Shown here: positions 18,949 to 28,083 of the stretch, piece after piece
Layout of the letters: every line of letters begins with the position of its first letter
Position numbering within the stretch: position 1 is the stretch's first letter
Origin: Marispirochaeta sp.
GTDB lineage: Bacteria > Spirochaetota > Spirochaetia > JC444 > Marispirochaetaceae
DNA: 64,000 nucleotides
Reading direction: 5' to 3'
Assembly: GCA_963676835.2 (NCBI GenBank)
Contig: CAXXFF010000003.1
Span: forward strand, 256,001-320,000
Notes under the pieces: model-generated
What the model saw: only the letters and a program-made list of their open reading frames with translations
Told to the model about the DNA's origin: nothing
The model's database searches: none
Translations under genes and position numbers: made by a program

Positions 18949-20419
18949 GCAGGTCTCCGTTCAGCTGCTTTTCATAATACTCGCGGCCTTTTTCCCAGAC
19001 CGACTCGATACCATCAGTTAATACATTACCCAGAATATATTTACTCTTAATATCTTCCCTGCAGACCGGAACATCACCATTCAGCAGTACCGTTATATCA
19101 CGCTTCATATGCCAGCATGCATTCCGGTTATAGGGAGAGATATCCGCAATTCTTCTCTGCGGCAGGCAGCCTGAAAAATAATCATACTTCTGAATAATGA
19201 TATTCTCTGTTTTTTCTTTCCAGTAGCGGTAGAAAAGCTCCAGTTCTTCTTCATTTGTATCCATCCGTACCGCCTGAACAAAGGCAGTTCCGGGAAAAAG
19301 AGCAAGAAGCTTTTCGAAGAACAGTTTAGCCTCAGCAAAGCCGGCACCCCGGAGTTTCCGGTAGACAGCTTCGCTATGTGCATCAAGAGAGACTATCCAG
19401 GTGATCAAATCACCATACTTTTCTGAAAGAGCAGAAACAGCTGTACCGTCCCACCCCAGACCGGAAGTTTCAATAACCGCCCTGAGCCCCCGGCTGCAAA
19501 CCGCATCTATGATTGCTTCAATTTCAGGGTGCATGGAGGGTTCTCCCCAGGGGGAAAGATTGACATAGCCCGTATCTGCAAAGGAGACAAACTGATTGAT
19601 AATATTTTGAAAACTTTCCAGGGGCATATACCTGTCAGATTTTATTGCATCTCCCGCAATGGATGGATACGGACAATATGAACACTCCTGAGGACATGCA
19701 GCCGTTACCTGTACAGAGAGATAATAGGGCAATGTGCGCAGGGGCTTCTGATTTTCATTCAGTTTGTTAAGGATTTCAATCGAGGTTTGCGGACCATCCT
19801 CCATGAGGGAACATAGTAGTCCGTAGCCGGCTTTATCGTCAGCGGTCAGTGCTATACGCAAAAGACGCAGATCCAGGGGAGGAATCTCTGTTTCTATTTC
19901 GAAGGCGTTTATATCCTTTCGTAAAACTTCAAAGATTGTGTCCCGCCGGATACCGGTTTGCATATCCTTTGCAAGACCCGCCAGTGGACCAATGGTAGTA
20001 CTGCGCAGGATCTCCGGTGCAAGACCCACAGGATATGCATCGGCGAAGGTGAAATCCGCCCGGTAGCGCCGGTGGTTATCCAGCATTCTTACCGTCAACT
20101 CGGGATCGAGCAAGGGAGTGTCTCCGTAAAAATAGATAACAGAATCATCGGAACTTAATTCCGTAGCAATGTCCGCAAGGGAACTCATCAATTCTGCCAC
20201 ACTGCTTATATCGGAAACAATCTTAATCTGCTGCGAATCGGATGGAAGAGATTCTGTATCTTTACCCCGAATACAGTAGATTGATGAAATATCAGGAAGT
20301 GCTGATGCATATTCCAGAACACACTGGAATGCAGTTTGCTCACTATTTTTTGCGCTGTTTAAAGGCAGGAACGCATACCTGGACAGCGAAATACAATTAA
20401 TAACAGCGATATTTGCCAT
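18902..20419 (-). CDS. Spiro-SPASM protein (cytidylyltransferase-like + radical SAM + SPASM)
   Basis: FYGDTPLLD/FADAYPVG N-domain, intact CPQECSYC, GEP motif, C-terminal CWH...GDVPVC...GN...CRECDEY. Confidence 0.88.
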   Translation of the reverse strand: MANIAVINCISLSRYAFLPLNSAKNSEQTAFQCVLEYASALPDISSIYCIRGKDTESLPSDSQQIKIVSDISSVAELMSSLADIATELSSDDSVIYFYGDTPLLDPELTVRMLDNHRRYRADFTFADAYPVGLAPEILRSTTIGPLAGLAKDMQTGIRRDTIFEVLRKDINAFEIETEIPPLDLRLLRIALTADDKAGYGLLCSLMEDGPQTSIEILNKLNENQKPLRTLPYYLSVQVTAACPQECSYCPYPSIAGDAIKSDRYMPLESFQNIINQFVSFADTGYVNLSPWGEPSMHPEIEAIIDAVCSRGLRAVIETSGLGWDGTAVSALSEKYGDLITWIVSLDAHSEAVYRKLRGAGFAEAKLFFEKLLALFPGTAFVQAVRMDTNEEELELFYRYWKEKTENIIIQKYDYFSGCLPQRRIADISPYNRNACWHMKRDITVLLNGDVPVCREDIKSKYILGNVLTDGIESVWEKGREYYEKQLNGDLLEICRECDEYYTYNY

Positions 20420-20551
20420 ATAAATACAGTATCGACACAGGAATTGCCGTCGCTTAGCCTATATTCCAGACGGCTTCCTGAAAACCCGATACCCCTCCCT
20501 GTTTTACATTCTACCCCAATTACAGTAGTATACACAAAGGGTTTTAAGATT

Positions 20552-20842
20552 ATGGATTCCTGGTACAGTACAGATGCGGAGCAGACAATAATAAACTGCA
20601 AGGTTATTCCTTCGGCGTCGCGAAACGGCTTTGGCGGAGTGCGTAACGGAGAGCTTGTGGTTCGGGTTAATGCCCCCCCTGAAAAAGGTAAGGCTAATAA
20701 GGAACTGATTAAATTCCTGGCGAAATCCCTTGGTATCGGACGAAGTGCATTAAGCCTTGTATCCGGAGACACATCCAGGAACAAACGGGTTTCCGTAAAT
20801 TATCCTTTAAGCAGGGAAATGCTGAAGACTCTTTGCCCCTAA
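20552..20842 (+). CDS. DUF167/YggU family protein
   Basis: KVIPSASR, APPEKGKANKELIKFLAK, VSGDTSRNK. Confidence 0.88.
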   Translation: MDSWYSTDAEQTIINCKVIPSASRNGFGGVRNGELVVRVNAPPEKGKANKELIKFLAKSLGIGRSALSLVSGDTSRNKRVSVNYPLSREMLKTLCP

Positions 20843-20861
20843 TATATTCAGGAGGACTGAC

Positions 20862-21632
20862 TTGACTATGGTTCAGGGTGAAGTACCCATTTTAGAGAAC
20901 AGAGAAATAGCCAGAGACTATTATCAGCTGGTTTTTAAAACAACAACATTCGGCAAAGGTACAGTACTGCCCGGTCAGTTTCTTACCATTCGAATAAGTG
21001 ATTCCACAGCTCCCCTTCTGAGGCGCCCCTTTGCCTTCTCTTCATGGGACAATGATACCGCAAGTATTATCTACCAGAGGAGAGGACCAGGGACTGAAGC
21101 GCTGGCAGGAAAACACGGGGGAGATAAAATCGATATTATCGCTCCCCTGGGAAACAGCTGGCCTGCTCCCGCAGCAGGAGAAACGGCGGTACTGGTTGCC
21201 GGGGGAATCGGCATGGGCCCCATACTGTTCCAGGCTGCGGCTTACAAGGCAGAGGGAATCTCCTTCAAACTCATAGTTGGAGCAAGAACATCCGCCTTTC
21301 TTCCATCCGACGGAATCCTTGAAGAGCTTGATGCCGTTATAGCCACAGACGACGGAAGCCGCGGTCTTCAGGGCACCGTAAGCAATGCACTGGAAACCCT
21401 GAAGATCAGCAAGCCCCATTATTATGCCTGCGGCCCCCACCCCATGATGAAAGCCGTTCATGACCGGGCAGTAATTGATGATAATCCCTGTACTGTATCC
21501 ATGGAGCAGACCATGGCCTGCGGTGTAGGCGCATGTATGGGCTGTGTTATTCAGCTGACAGGCACAGACCGATACGCCAGGGTTTGTGCAGATGGACCGA
21601 TCTTTGACAGCAGGGAGATTCTATGGACCTGA
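20862..21632 (+). CDS. pyrK: Dihydroorotate dehydrogenase electron transfer subunit
   Basis: PGQF, LRRPF, AGGIG, ACGPHPM, MACGVGACMGC, RVCADGPIF. Confidence 0.93.
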   Translation: MTMVQGEVPILENREIARDYYQLVFKTTTFGKGTVLPGQFLTIRISDSTAPLLRRPFAFSSWDNDTASIIYQRRGPGTEALAGKHGGDKIDIIAPLGNSWPAPAAGETAVLVAGGIGMGPILFQAAAYKAEGISFKLIVGARTSAFLPSDGILEELDAVIATDDGSRGLQGTVSNALETLKISKPHYYACGPHPMMKAVHDRAVIDDNPCTVSMEQTMACGVGACMGCVIQLTGTDRYARVCADGPIFDSREILWT

Positions 21633-22528
21633 AAGTACACATCGGCAGCGGCACTCTCCCGAATCCCGTAGGTGTTGCCTCGGGAACCTTCGGTTACGGC
21701 AGCGAATATGAACAGCTTATCGACCTGAGTATTCTCGGCGGCATCTACTCAAAGGCTGTAACGCCTGAACCACGCCCGGGGAATGGGATTCCCCGCATTA
21801 TTGAAACCCCCTCTGGACTGCTCAACTCCATAGGACTTGCAAATGTGGGCCTTGAACGCTTTAAGACTGACAAGCTGCCCATGTTCCGCAAATTCCCCTG
21901 CCCGGTAATTGTAAATGTTGCAGGCAAAGCGGATGAAGACTACCTGCAGGTGACCCGGGAACTGTCTGAAGCGGAAGAGATCTGGGGATTTGAAATCAAT
22001 TTAAGCTGCCCCAACGTAAAAGAAGGCTGCCTTGCCTTCGGCAGCGACCCGGGGTATGTGGAGAGGCTCACGAAGAAAATCCGCGATCTTACCACAAAGC
22101 CGGTAATTATTAAACTGACACCCAATGTTACGGATATCAGCACCATAGCAAAGGCTGCTGAAGCAGGCGGTGCGGACGGAATATCCTGCATAAATACCCT
22201 TATCGGTATGGTGATTGATACCCGCACCAGAAAACCGGTGCTTCCCGCAGGTACCGGAGGTTTGTCCGGTCCGGCAATCCGCCCGGTGGGAGTTGCAGCA
22301 GTCTACAAAGTAAGCCGGGCGGTGAAAATTCCGGTTATCGGTATCGGTGGAATAGCTACTGCAGACGATGCAATCCAGTATCTTCTCGCAGGAGCATCGG
22401 CCATTCAGGTGGGGACAGCAACCTTTGTGGACCCCTCAGCCCCGGTAAAAATTCTTTCCGGAATCGAAGACTATATGGCCCTTTCCGGCGTACAGACAAT
22501 AGAGGATCTTCACGGCTTTATTGATTAG
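21623..22528 (+). CDS. pyrD: Dihydroorotate dehydrogenase 1B catalytic subunit
   Basis: ASGTFGYG, EINLSCPNV, KLTPNVTD, GGLSGPAIRP. Confidence 0.95.
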   Translation: MDLKVHIGSGTLPNPVGVASGTFGYGSEYEQLIDLSILGGIYSKAVTPEPRPGNGIPRIIETPSGLLNSIGLANVGLERFKTDKLPMFRKFPCPVIVNVAGKADEDYLQVTRELSEAEEIWGFEINLSCPNVKEGCLAFGSDPGYVERLTKKIRDLTTKPVIIKLTPNVTDISTIAKAAEAGGADGISCINTLIGMVIDTRTRKPVLPAGTGGLSGPAIRPVGVAAVYKVSRAVKIPVIGIGGIATADDAIQYLLAGASAIQVGTATFVDPSAPVKILSGIEDYMALSGVQTIEDLHGFID

Positions 22529-23180
22529 GGCCAGTGCTGAAGTAGTCACATAATTGTTTTAAGGAACAATTACCGCAGTCGGGGTTTCTGGCAAAACAGA
22601 CATCCCGGCCGTAGTAATTTACCGTCATAGAAAATCGTGTCTGGTGCTCAGGGATTAGAAGCTCTTTGAGTTGACTCTCGATTTTTTCAGGATTTTTTGC
22701 TGAAGTTAATCCCAGACGCTGTACAACCCGGCTGAAATGGGTATCCACTATTATCGCCGGCTGCTGGTAAATATTTCCAAGAACAACATTTGCACTCTTG
22801 CGCCCTACTCCCGGCAAGGTAAGCAGGTCCTCCATCGTAGCCGGGACTTCTCCATCATAGTCTTCAACAAGTTTTTTAGCGGCACCTATTATACTCTTTG
22901 CTTTCTGCCGAAAGAACCCGGTGCTCCGTATAATTTCTTCTACACTCTCCGATTGAGCCTGCGAAAGTGCAGCTGCATCGGGAAACGTAGAAAACAGACT
23001 TTCCGATATCTCATTCACCTGACGGTCGGTGGTCTGGGCGGAAAGGATTACGCCGATAAGCAACTCGAAAGGGTTGCTGTATTTGAGCAGAACTCGCTGC
23101 TGATTGTAGTGTTTATCCAGAAGAGAAAAGATCTTTTCTGCTTTGATTTTAAGGCCTGTTTTGTCTTTGGATTTACTCAT
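22518..23180 (-). CDS. nth: Endonuclease III
   Basis: ILSAQTTD, LPGVGRKSANV, VDTH, C-x6-C-x2-C-x5-C Fe-S motif; start set at ATG 23180. Confidence 0.93.
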   Translation of the reverse strand: MSKSKDKTGLKIKAEKIFSLLDKHYNQQRVLLKYSNPFELLIGVILSAQTTDRQVNEISESLFSTFPDAAALSQAQSESVEEIIRSTGFFRQKAKSIIGAAKKLVEDYDGEVPATMEDLLTLPGVGRKSANVVLGNIYQQPAIIVDTHFSRVVQRLGLTSAKNPEKIESQLKELLIPEHQTRFSMTVNYYGRDVCFARNPDCGNCSLKQLCDYFSTGPNQ

Positions 23181-23233
23181 CTGATATTGAGTAAATCCCT
23201 TTTTAGAAAGCTGTGTCAATTGATCCAATCTTA

Positions 23234-23263
23234 TTGACCCTCTGCCGTAGATAACGGTATACT
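23234..23263 (+). promoter_or_regulatory. sigma70 promoter of the tRNA-Pro/tRNA-Arg pair
   Basis: TTGACC-18 nt-TATACT, 12 bp before tRNA-Pro. Confidence 0.6.
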
Positions 23264-23275
23264 TGGCCACCTGTT

Positions 23276-23348
23276 CGGGATGTGGCCCAGTGGCTAGGGC
23301 ACCTGGTTTGGGACCAGGGGATCGGAGGTTCGAATCCTCTCATCCCGA
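23276..23348 (+). tRNA. tRNA-Pro(TGG)
   Basis: CGGGATG...CATCCCGA acceptor stem; CCTGG-TTTGGGA-CCAGG anticodon arm. Confidence 0.95.
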
Positions 23349-23480
23349 CGTAACTATCGGAATGCAGGTGATTCAGAAATATCCTGTTTAACAGGATTTG
23401 AACCTTGGCGAGTGCTTTGTCTGTAAGACAAAGCGCCTGTCCGGAGTCGAAGACGCAGGATAAGAATCCTCTCATCCCGA
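23349..23480 (+). repeat. tRNA-linked palindromic element ending in a copy of the tRNA-Pro 3' end
   Basis: GAATCCTCTCATCCCGA at 23332-23348 and 23464-23480; inverted repeats at 23381-23397 and 23414-23434. Confidence 0.7.
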
Positions 23481-23491
23481 TTGAACAATTT

Positions 23492-23565
<74 letters not shown>

Positions 23566-23945
23566 CTTTTTAATTACTTGCCATATAACGACTTACAATG
23601 TTTTACTTGTCAATATTTTCACTCAAAAATGCTACGAGTGAGAAGACGAGTGAGACTCTTTCTGGGGGTAAATTCAGTTCTCTGTCTCTTTTAGGAGGTG
23701 ACAGATATGTCCACAGAAGATCGTTTCAGTATTCACTCTCGCTAGAAAAATAAAGGTCTGTACGACCATTTAACATAGTGATAAACCACGAAAAGCAAAC
23801 CTATACAACTACTTTATAAGATTTTACTATGAGGAGTATTGCCTAAACAGTAAAATTTTATGGAAATGTGAATCAAGAAGTGAGAACTTCATTTTACTGT
23901 GAGATAACAGTTACTTTTTGAAGTTAAGATCATATTGAACGCATC

Positions 23946-24132
23946 TTATTCACAAACTTTACCGAAATGTAGTTCTTTGTGACAATTTGGACATAGAGCC
24001 TGGGCATTATCAACCGAATCATCTCCTCCTGCTGCTAGTGGTAGTATATGGTGGACCTCTAAATATGGCGTGCCATCACTTGCTCGTAAGAATGGTGCTG
24101 ACTTTCTACATCTTTCACATATACCATCAGCA
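23946..24132 (-). pseudogene. C-terminal fragment of a McrA-like HNH endonuclease
   Basis: ADGICERCRKSAPF...PYLEVHHILPLAAGGDDSVDNAQALCPNCHKELH; 5' side cut by the IS3 end. Confidence 0.85.
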
Positions 24133-24189
24133 TGGAATTCCCCCAAAATTGTCGACACCTGTTATGCTTAGAATCTAAGGAGAAATCAG

Positions 24190-24477
24190 GTGTCTAAGAG
24201 TCCATATTCGGAAGAATTTAAGGCAGAAACTATCAAGCAAATCATGGAAGAAGGCGTTGGCGTTTTGGCTGTTGCCAAGGCAACCGGTGTTAGCGACGTC
24301 ACCTTATACAAGTGGCTCAAAGTTGCCGGGTGGAAATCAGGCGAGTCAAAAGACAAAAAGAAAATTACTGAAGCTGACCAGGAAATAAAGGCGCTTAAGG
24401 CAGAGCTTAAGCAGGTCAAAATGGAGCGTGACATCCTAAAAAAGGCCGCAGCGTACTTTGCCGGGGAGTCCCTGTAA
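24190..24477 (+). CDS. IS3 transposase OrfA
   Basis: YSEEFK...TLYKW...ERDILKKAAAYFA; A-AAA-AAG slippery site at 24438-24444. Confidence 0.92.
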   Translation: MSKSPYSEEFKAETIKQIMEEGVGVLAVAKATGVSDVTLYKWLKVAGWKSGESKDKKKITEADQEIKALKAELKQVKMERDILKKAAAYFAGESL

Positions 24478-24515
24478 AGTACGCATTTATCAAAGAACAT
24501 CGTAGCACTTACCCG

Positions 24516-25334
24516 GTGCGACAGATGTGCAGGGCCATGAAAGTCCATCCATCAGGCTTCTATCGGTGGATTAAGAACCCAGAATCCAAACGAGCCATCC
24601 AAAACCGGGTAATAACCCAAGAGATCCGCCATTATTGGGAAGAAAGTGGAGGCACTTACGGAAGTCCCAATATTCATCAGGATTTCAAGGAGGCTGGCTA
24701 TTCTTACAGTGTTAACCGTATTGCGCGACTTATGAAAGAAGCAGGTATACAGGGTGCTCACCGCCGCAAAAAGCATCCTTACATTCCTCCAGAAGGACCT
24801 GTACACAGTCTTAATCAGCTCAATCGTGAGTTCACTGTTAGCGATCCTAATCGTGTCTGGTGTATCGACATAACATATATTCGAACCTGTGAGGGCTGGC
24901 TGTACCTGGCAGTTGTCATAGATCTGTTCAGCAGGCGAATAGTTGGATGGTCTATGAAGAGTAACCAGAAAACAGCCTTGGTCATGGATGCTTTGTTTAT
25001 GGCAGTCAAACGAAGACGGCCAAAACAGACAGTTCTAATTCACTCCGATCAAGGTACCCAGTTCACCAGCTATGAATGGGATAGCTTCTGTGAGTTCCAC
25101 AATTTGGATCCGAGTATGAGTCGAAGAGGCAATTGCTGGGATAATGCCGTTGTTGAATCCTTCTTCTCCAGCTTGAAAAAAGAACGGGTAAAGAAAAAAA
25201 TCTACAAAAACAGGGAGGTAGCACGCAAAGATATTTTCAATTACATAGAGTTATTTTACAATCCTAAAAGGCGGCATAGCCATTTGGACCGTCGAAGTCC
25301 GGCTCAATTCGAAGCTATGTATTTAACCCCGTAA
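24516..25334 (+). CDS. IS3 transposase OrfB (DDE), -1 frame relative to OrfA
   Basis: WCIDITY, HSDQGTQF, DNAVVESFF. Confidence 0.95.
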   Translation: MRQMCRAMKVHPSGFYRWIKNPESKRAIQNRVITQEIRHYWEESGGTYGSPNIHQDFKEAGYSYSVNRIARLMKEAGIQGAHRRKKHPYIPPEGPVHSLNQLNREFTVSDPNRVWCIDITYIRTCEGWLYLAVVIDLFSRRIVGWSMKSNQKTALVMDALFMAVKRRRPKQTVLIHSDQGTQFTSYEWDSFCEFHNLDPSMSRRGNCWDNAVVESFFSSLKKERVKKKIYKNREVARKDIFNYIELFYNPKRRHSHLDRRSPAQFEAMYLTP

Positions 25335-25407
25335 AGTGTCGACAGAATCGGGGGAATTCCAGTGGTTACAATGTAACCGTCAATTAAACCTCACCCAGAG
25401 AAAAAAA

Positions 25408-26937
25408 TCAGAGGGAAATATTCCATGGCAGCAATTTTTCCCAGTTATCAGATTCATTCATGAGTGGAGCTTCCTCAAAAACGCGTCTCAGGTAGTCGTT
25501 CGGGTTCACATTATTTTGTTTGGCTGTCTCAATCAGTGAATACATGGCACAGGAACTTTCAGCCCCCTTTGGACTACCGGAAAATAACCAGTTCTTTCGG
25601 CCCAGCACAAATGGCCGGATGGCCTGCTCCGCGCTATTGTTGTCCGGCGTCAGATAAGGCGAATCAAGGTAGTGTACCAGTTTCTCCCATTCGTTCAAGG
25701 TGTACTGAATTGCTTTCCCAAGCAATAACGAAGGAGGAACCTGCTGACTGCGTTTTTCAAGCCAGGTTCTAAACTTCTGCAAAACCGGTTCCGCCTGAGA
25801 TTTGCGCTGGTCAACAAACTGGTCTTCGGGCAATTCCATACTGCGAAGACGCTCTTCAATCCCATACAGTTTCCTGATGGCATTCAATGCTTCCTGTGCA
25901 CTTGCTGCTTTCTTCGAGGCCTTTGCAGCTTCATGAAACTTTCGCCGAACATGGGCCATGCAGCCGACATGGACTATCTGTTCATTCCCCGCCAGGGCTG
26001 TACGATACGCATCATAGCCGTCAGTCTGTAAAAAGCCGCTGAATCCATCGAGAAGTTCTTTAATATGTCGGGACCCGCGGGTTTCCCGGTATGAGTAAAG
26101 CAATCCCGGGTTTTCCGGAGGGCCGCCGCGGGCAAGCCACATATAGGATTTCGCCGTGTCTGGGCGTTCCGGTTCTCCGTGTACCTGGACCGGGGTTTCA
26201 TCCATGTTGATGACCGGCCCTGACCGGATATGCATTTTCAGAGTCTCAATTAAAGGTTCAATCTTTTCATACGTCATCTGCTGCCAGTTGCTCATGTTCT
26301 GACGGCTTATGTGGATGCCGATCCGCTCAAATCGTTTCTCCTGCCGGTAATAGGGCAGATGATCTACAAATTTATTCACTATGATGAAGGAGAGCAATCC
26401 AGGCGTTACAATGCTTTTAGGGATGATACTTGCAGGGGGGGCAGCAACCCTTACTGCCGGCTTCTCTTCATCCCCGGAGCCTTCACAGTTCTTGCAGGCA
26501 TACTTGGGACGGATAATCAGTTCTACCCACATCTTCGGGGGGATTACCTGTAAGCGCTCGCTGGTCTCTTCGCCGATACGAACCAGCGCATGGCCGCAGG
26601 CACACTGTTTTTCATCTTCGGGAATATCAATGATGATCTCTTCCCGGGGAAGGCTTTCATCAATTGGTTTTCTGCCGGATTTCTTGCGGGGATGGGACTG
26701 AACTGGTACGGAAGTCTCTGATGCATCGTTCTCCGAAGTACCATTCTCTTCAAGCCCGAACAACAGCGGTTGATACTCATCCTGTTGTTCTTTTTCACTT
26801 TTACGGCCAAATTTCTGAAGAAGAAGCAACTTGTACTGCTCCTCCAAGGCACCGTAGCGATGTTCCCAGGAACTGTTTGCTGTCTCAAGAGAGTGAATGT
26901 AGTCTTGTACTTCCTTCGGAAGGGCTGCAACATCCAT
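25408..26937 (-). CDS. tnpC: IS66 transposase
   Basis: FGRKSEK, Zn finger, MDETPV, LQTDGY, CMAHVRRKF, DNNSAEQAIRP. Confidence 0.95.
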   Translation of the reverse strand: MDVAALPKEVQDYIHSLETANSSWEHRYGALEEQYKLLLLQKFGRKSEKEQQDEYQPLLFGLEENGTSENDASETSVPVQSHPRKKSGRKPIDESLPREEIIIDIPEDEKQCACGHALVRIGEETSERLQVIPPKMWVELIIRPKYACKNCEGSGDEEKPAVRVAAPPASIIPKSIVTPGLLSFIIVNKFVDHLPYYRQEKRFERIGIHISRQNMSNWQQMTYEKIEPLIETLKMHIRSGPVINMDETPVQVHGEPERPDTAKSYMWLARGGPPENPGLLYSYRETRGSRHIKELLDGFSGFLQTDGYDAYRTALAGNEQIVHVGCMAHVRRKFHEAAKASKKAASAQEALNAIRKLYGIEERLRSMELPEDQFVDQRKSQAEPVLQKFRTWLEKRSQQVPPSLLLGKAIQYTLNEWEKLVHYLDSPYLTPDNNSAEQAIRPFVLGRKNWLFSGSPKGAESSCAMYSLIETAKQNNVNPNDYLRRVFEEAPLMNESDNWEKLLPWNISL

Positions 26938-26999
26938 ACTGAAAAAAATTCTAGCATACAGCTCTTTCTCTGTAAATTCCTTTACACCATTAAAATGCT

Positions 27000-27347
27000 T
27001 TAAGAAACACGGGAATATTCCAAAGTAGTATGTTCATTCCAGAAATCGATGCCTTTCAACAGCATCGATAGCTGTTCCGGGGTAATGGCAAGAGCATCTT
27101 CTTCAGTTACGGGCCAGGGGAATTTATGCTTTTCCAGTTTCTTCTGCCACAGGCAGAAACCATTCCGGTCCCAATACAATGCCTTCATGATTCGTCGTTC
27201 GCGGTTGCAGAACAGAAACAGATTGCCGCTTAACGGATTTTCATTCATATAGTCCTGCACCATGACAACTAAGCCGTTGATTGCTTTACGCATATCAGTG
27301 ATGCCTGGCCGGATAAATATCTGTACGGCTGATAAATCTGGGGTCAT
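27000..27347 (-). CDS. tnpB: IS66 accessory protein
   Basis: TDMRKAINGL, LFLFCNR, LYWDRNGF, KFPWP. Confidence 0.95.
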   Translation of the reverse strand: MTPDLSAVQIFIRPGITDMRKAINGLVVMVQDYMNENPLSGNLFLFCNRERRIMKALYWDRNGFCLWQKKLEKHKFPWPVTEEDALAITPEQLSMLLKGIDFWNEHTTLEYSRVS

Positions 27348-27673
27348 TCATAAACCCTCAAGGCTGTTAATACTGCTTTTAGCTGGTCATGATTTGCTGT
27401 TACCGGCAGAGTAATAACAATATCGTGCAACTTTATGGTTATGGTTTCTTTTTCGGATAAATGATGAAAAGAGCTTTTTACTGGTATGAACCGGGCTGCT
27501 GCTGTTTCAGAGCCTATTCCGGTTTGTACGGCACGTTTCCTTTCGGCTTTTTTCCAGCTGTAAAACGTTGTGGGTGGTATTTCGTGCTGCCGGCAATACT
27601 CCTGCCCGCTTAACCCGCTTTTTTCCCAATTTCTAAGATGTTCACACTGCTGTTCCCGGTTATATTTGACCAT
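27344..27673 (-). CDS. tnpA: IS66 accessory HTH protein
   Basis: WEKSGLSGQEYCRQH...TFYSWKK; ATGA overlap with tnpB. Confidence 0.9.
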   Translation of the reverse strand: MVKYNREQQCEHLRNWEKSGLSGQEYCRQHEIPPTTFYSWKKAERKRAVQTGIGSETAAARFIPVKSSFHHLSEKETITIKLHDIVITLPVTANHDQLKAVLTALRVYE

Positions 27674-27748
27674 GCGATTCCTCCATTAAGGGAGGATTGT
27701 AGGGCATTCATTGATGTCGGCATAAGGTGGGGTTTAATTGACGGTTAC

Positions 27749-27808
27749 GTTACAATTTGTACTTTCTTAGGCAGCTTATCCACCTGTGATAGCCTTGCTC
27801 GCCTACTC
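27749..27808 (-). pseudogene. Upstream fragment of the same HNH gene
   Basis: With IS66 removed the minus strand reads SRRARLSQVDKLPKKVQIVTT up to the IS3 end, resembling the segment preceding McrA-type HNH domains; in-frame TAG just upstream. Confidence 0.55.
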
Positions 27809-28083
27809 TTCTATAAATTTCATGACTCAAAATATATCACACGGATTCGTCGACGGTGCTTGATTAAGGTTAATAGCCTACTCTTGTTTGCTAAATTTCG
27901 TTAGTAAAGTGATTTATATTTTTGATCCGATTTATACAAACTCTTGAGACCCTATAAGTGAGATGATAACTGAGATAACTTAACTTTTTAAACTTTTTAT
28001 ATAAGTCAAGATCAAACACTTATATTTTGTTTTGACCTGACCAGCGAGATTGAGTTATATTCTAAAAAACGTGAGTAGCTCAC

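Larger units (their letters stand above)
24133..25361 (+). mobile_element. IS3-family insertion sequence, 1229 bp
   Basis: TG...CA ends, 26-bp IRs TGGAATTCCCCC-N5-TGTCGACAC (4 mismatches), orfA/orfB; no target duplication. Confidence 0.95.
25373..27748 (-). mobile_element. IS66-family element, copy 1
   Basis: Terminal IR GTAACCGTCAATTAAACC, 8-bp TSD GTTACAAT, tnpA-tnpB-tnpC. Confidence 0.97.

Noticed and set aside
27000..27347. TnpB as an RNA-guided IS200/IS605 nuclease
   Set aside because: This is the unrelated 115 aa IS66 accessory protein, with no RuvC motifs.
23898..27992. Similar TGAGATAAC...ACTTTTT motifs near 23900 and 27971 as integron attC sites around the HNH gene
   Set aside because: AT-rich, no paired RYYYAAC/GTTRRRY boxes with an internal palindrome, and no integron integrase.
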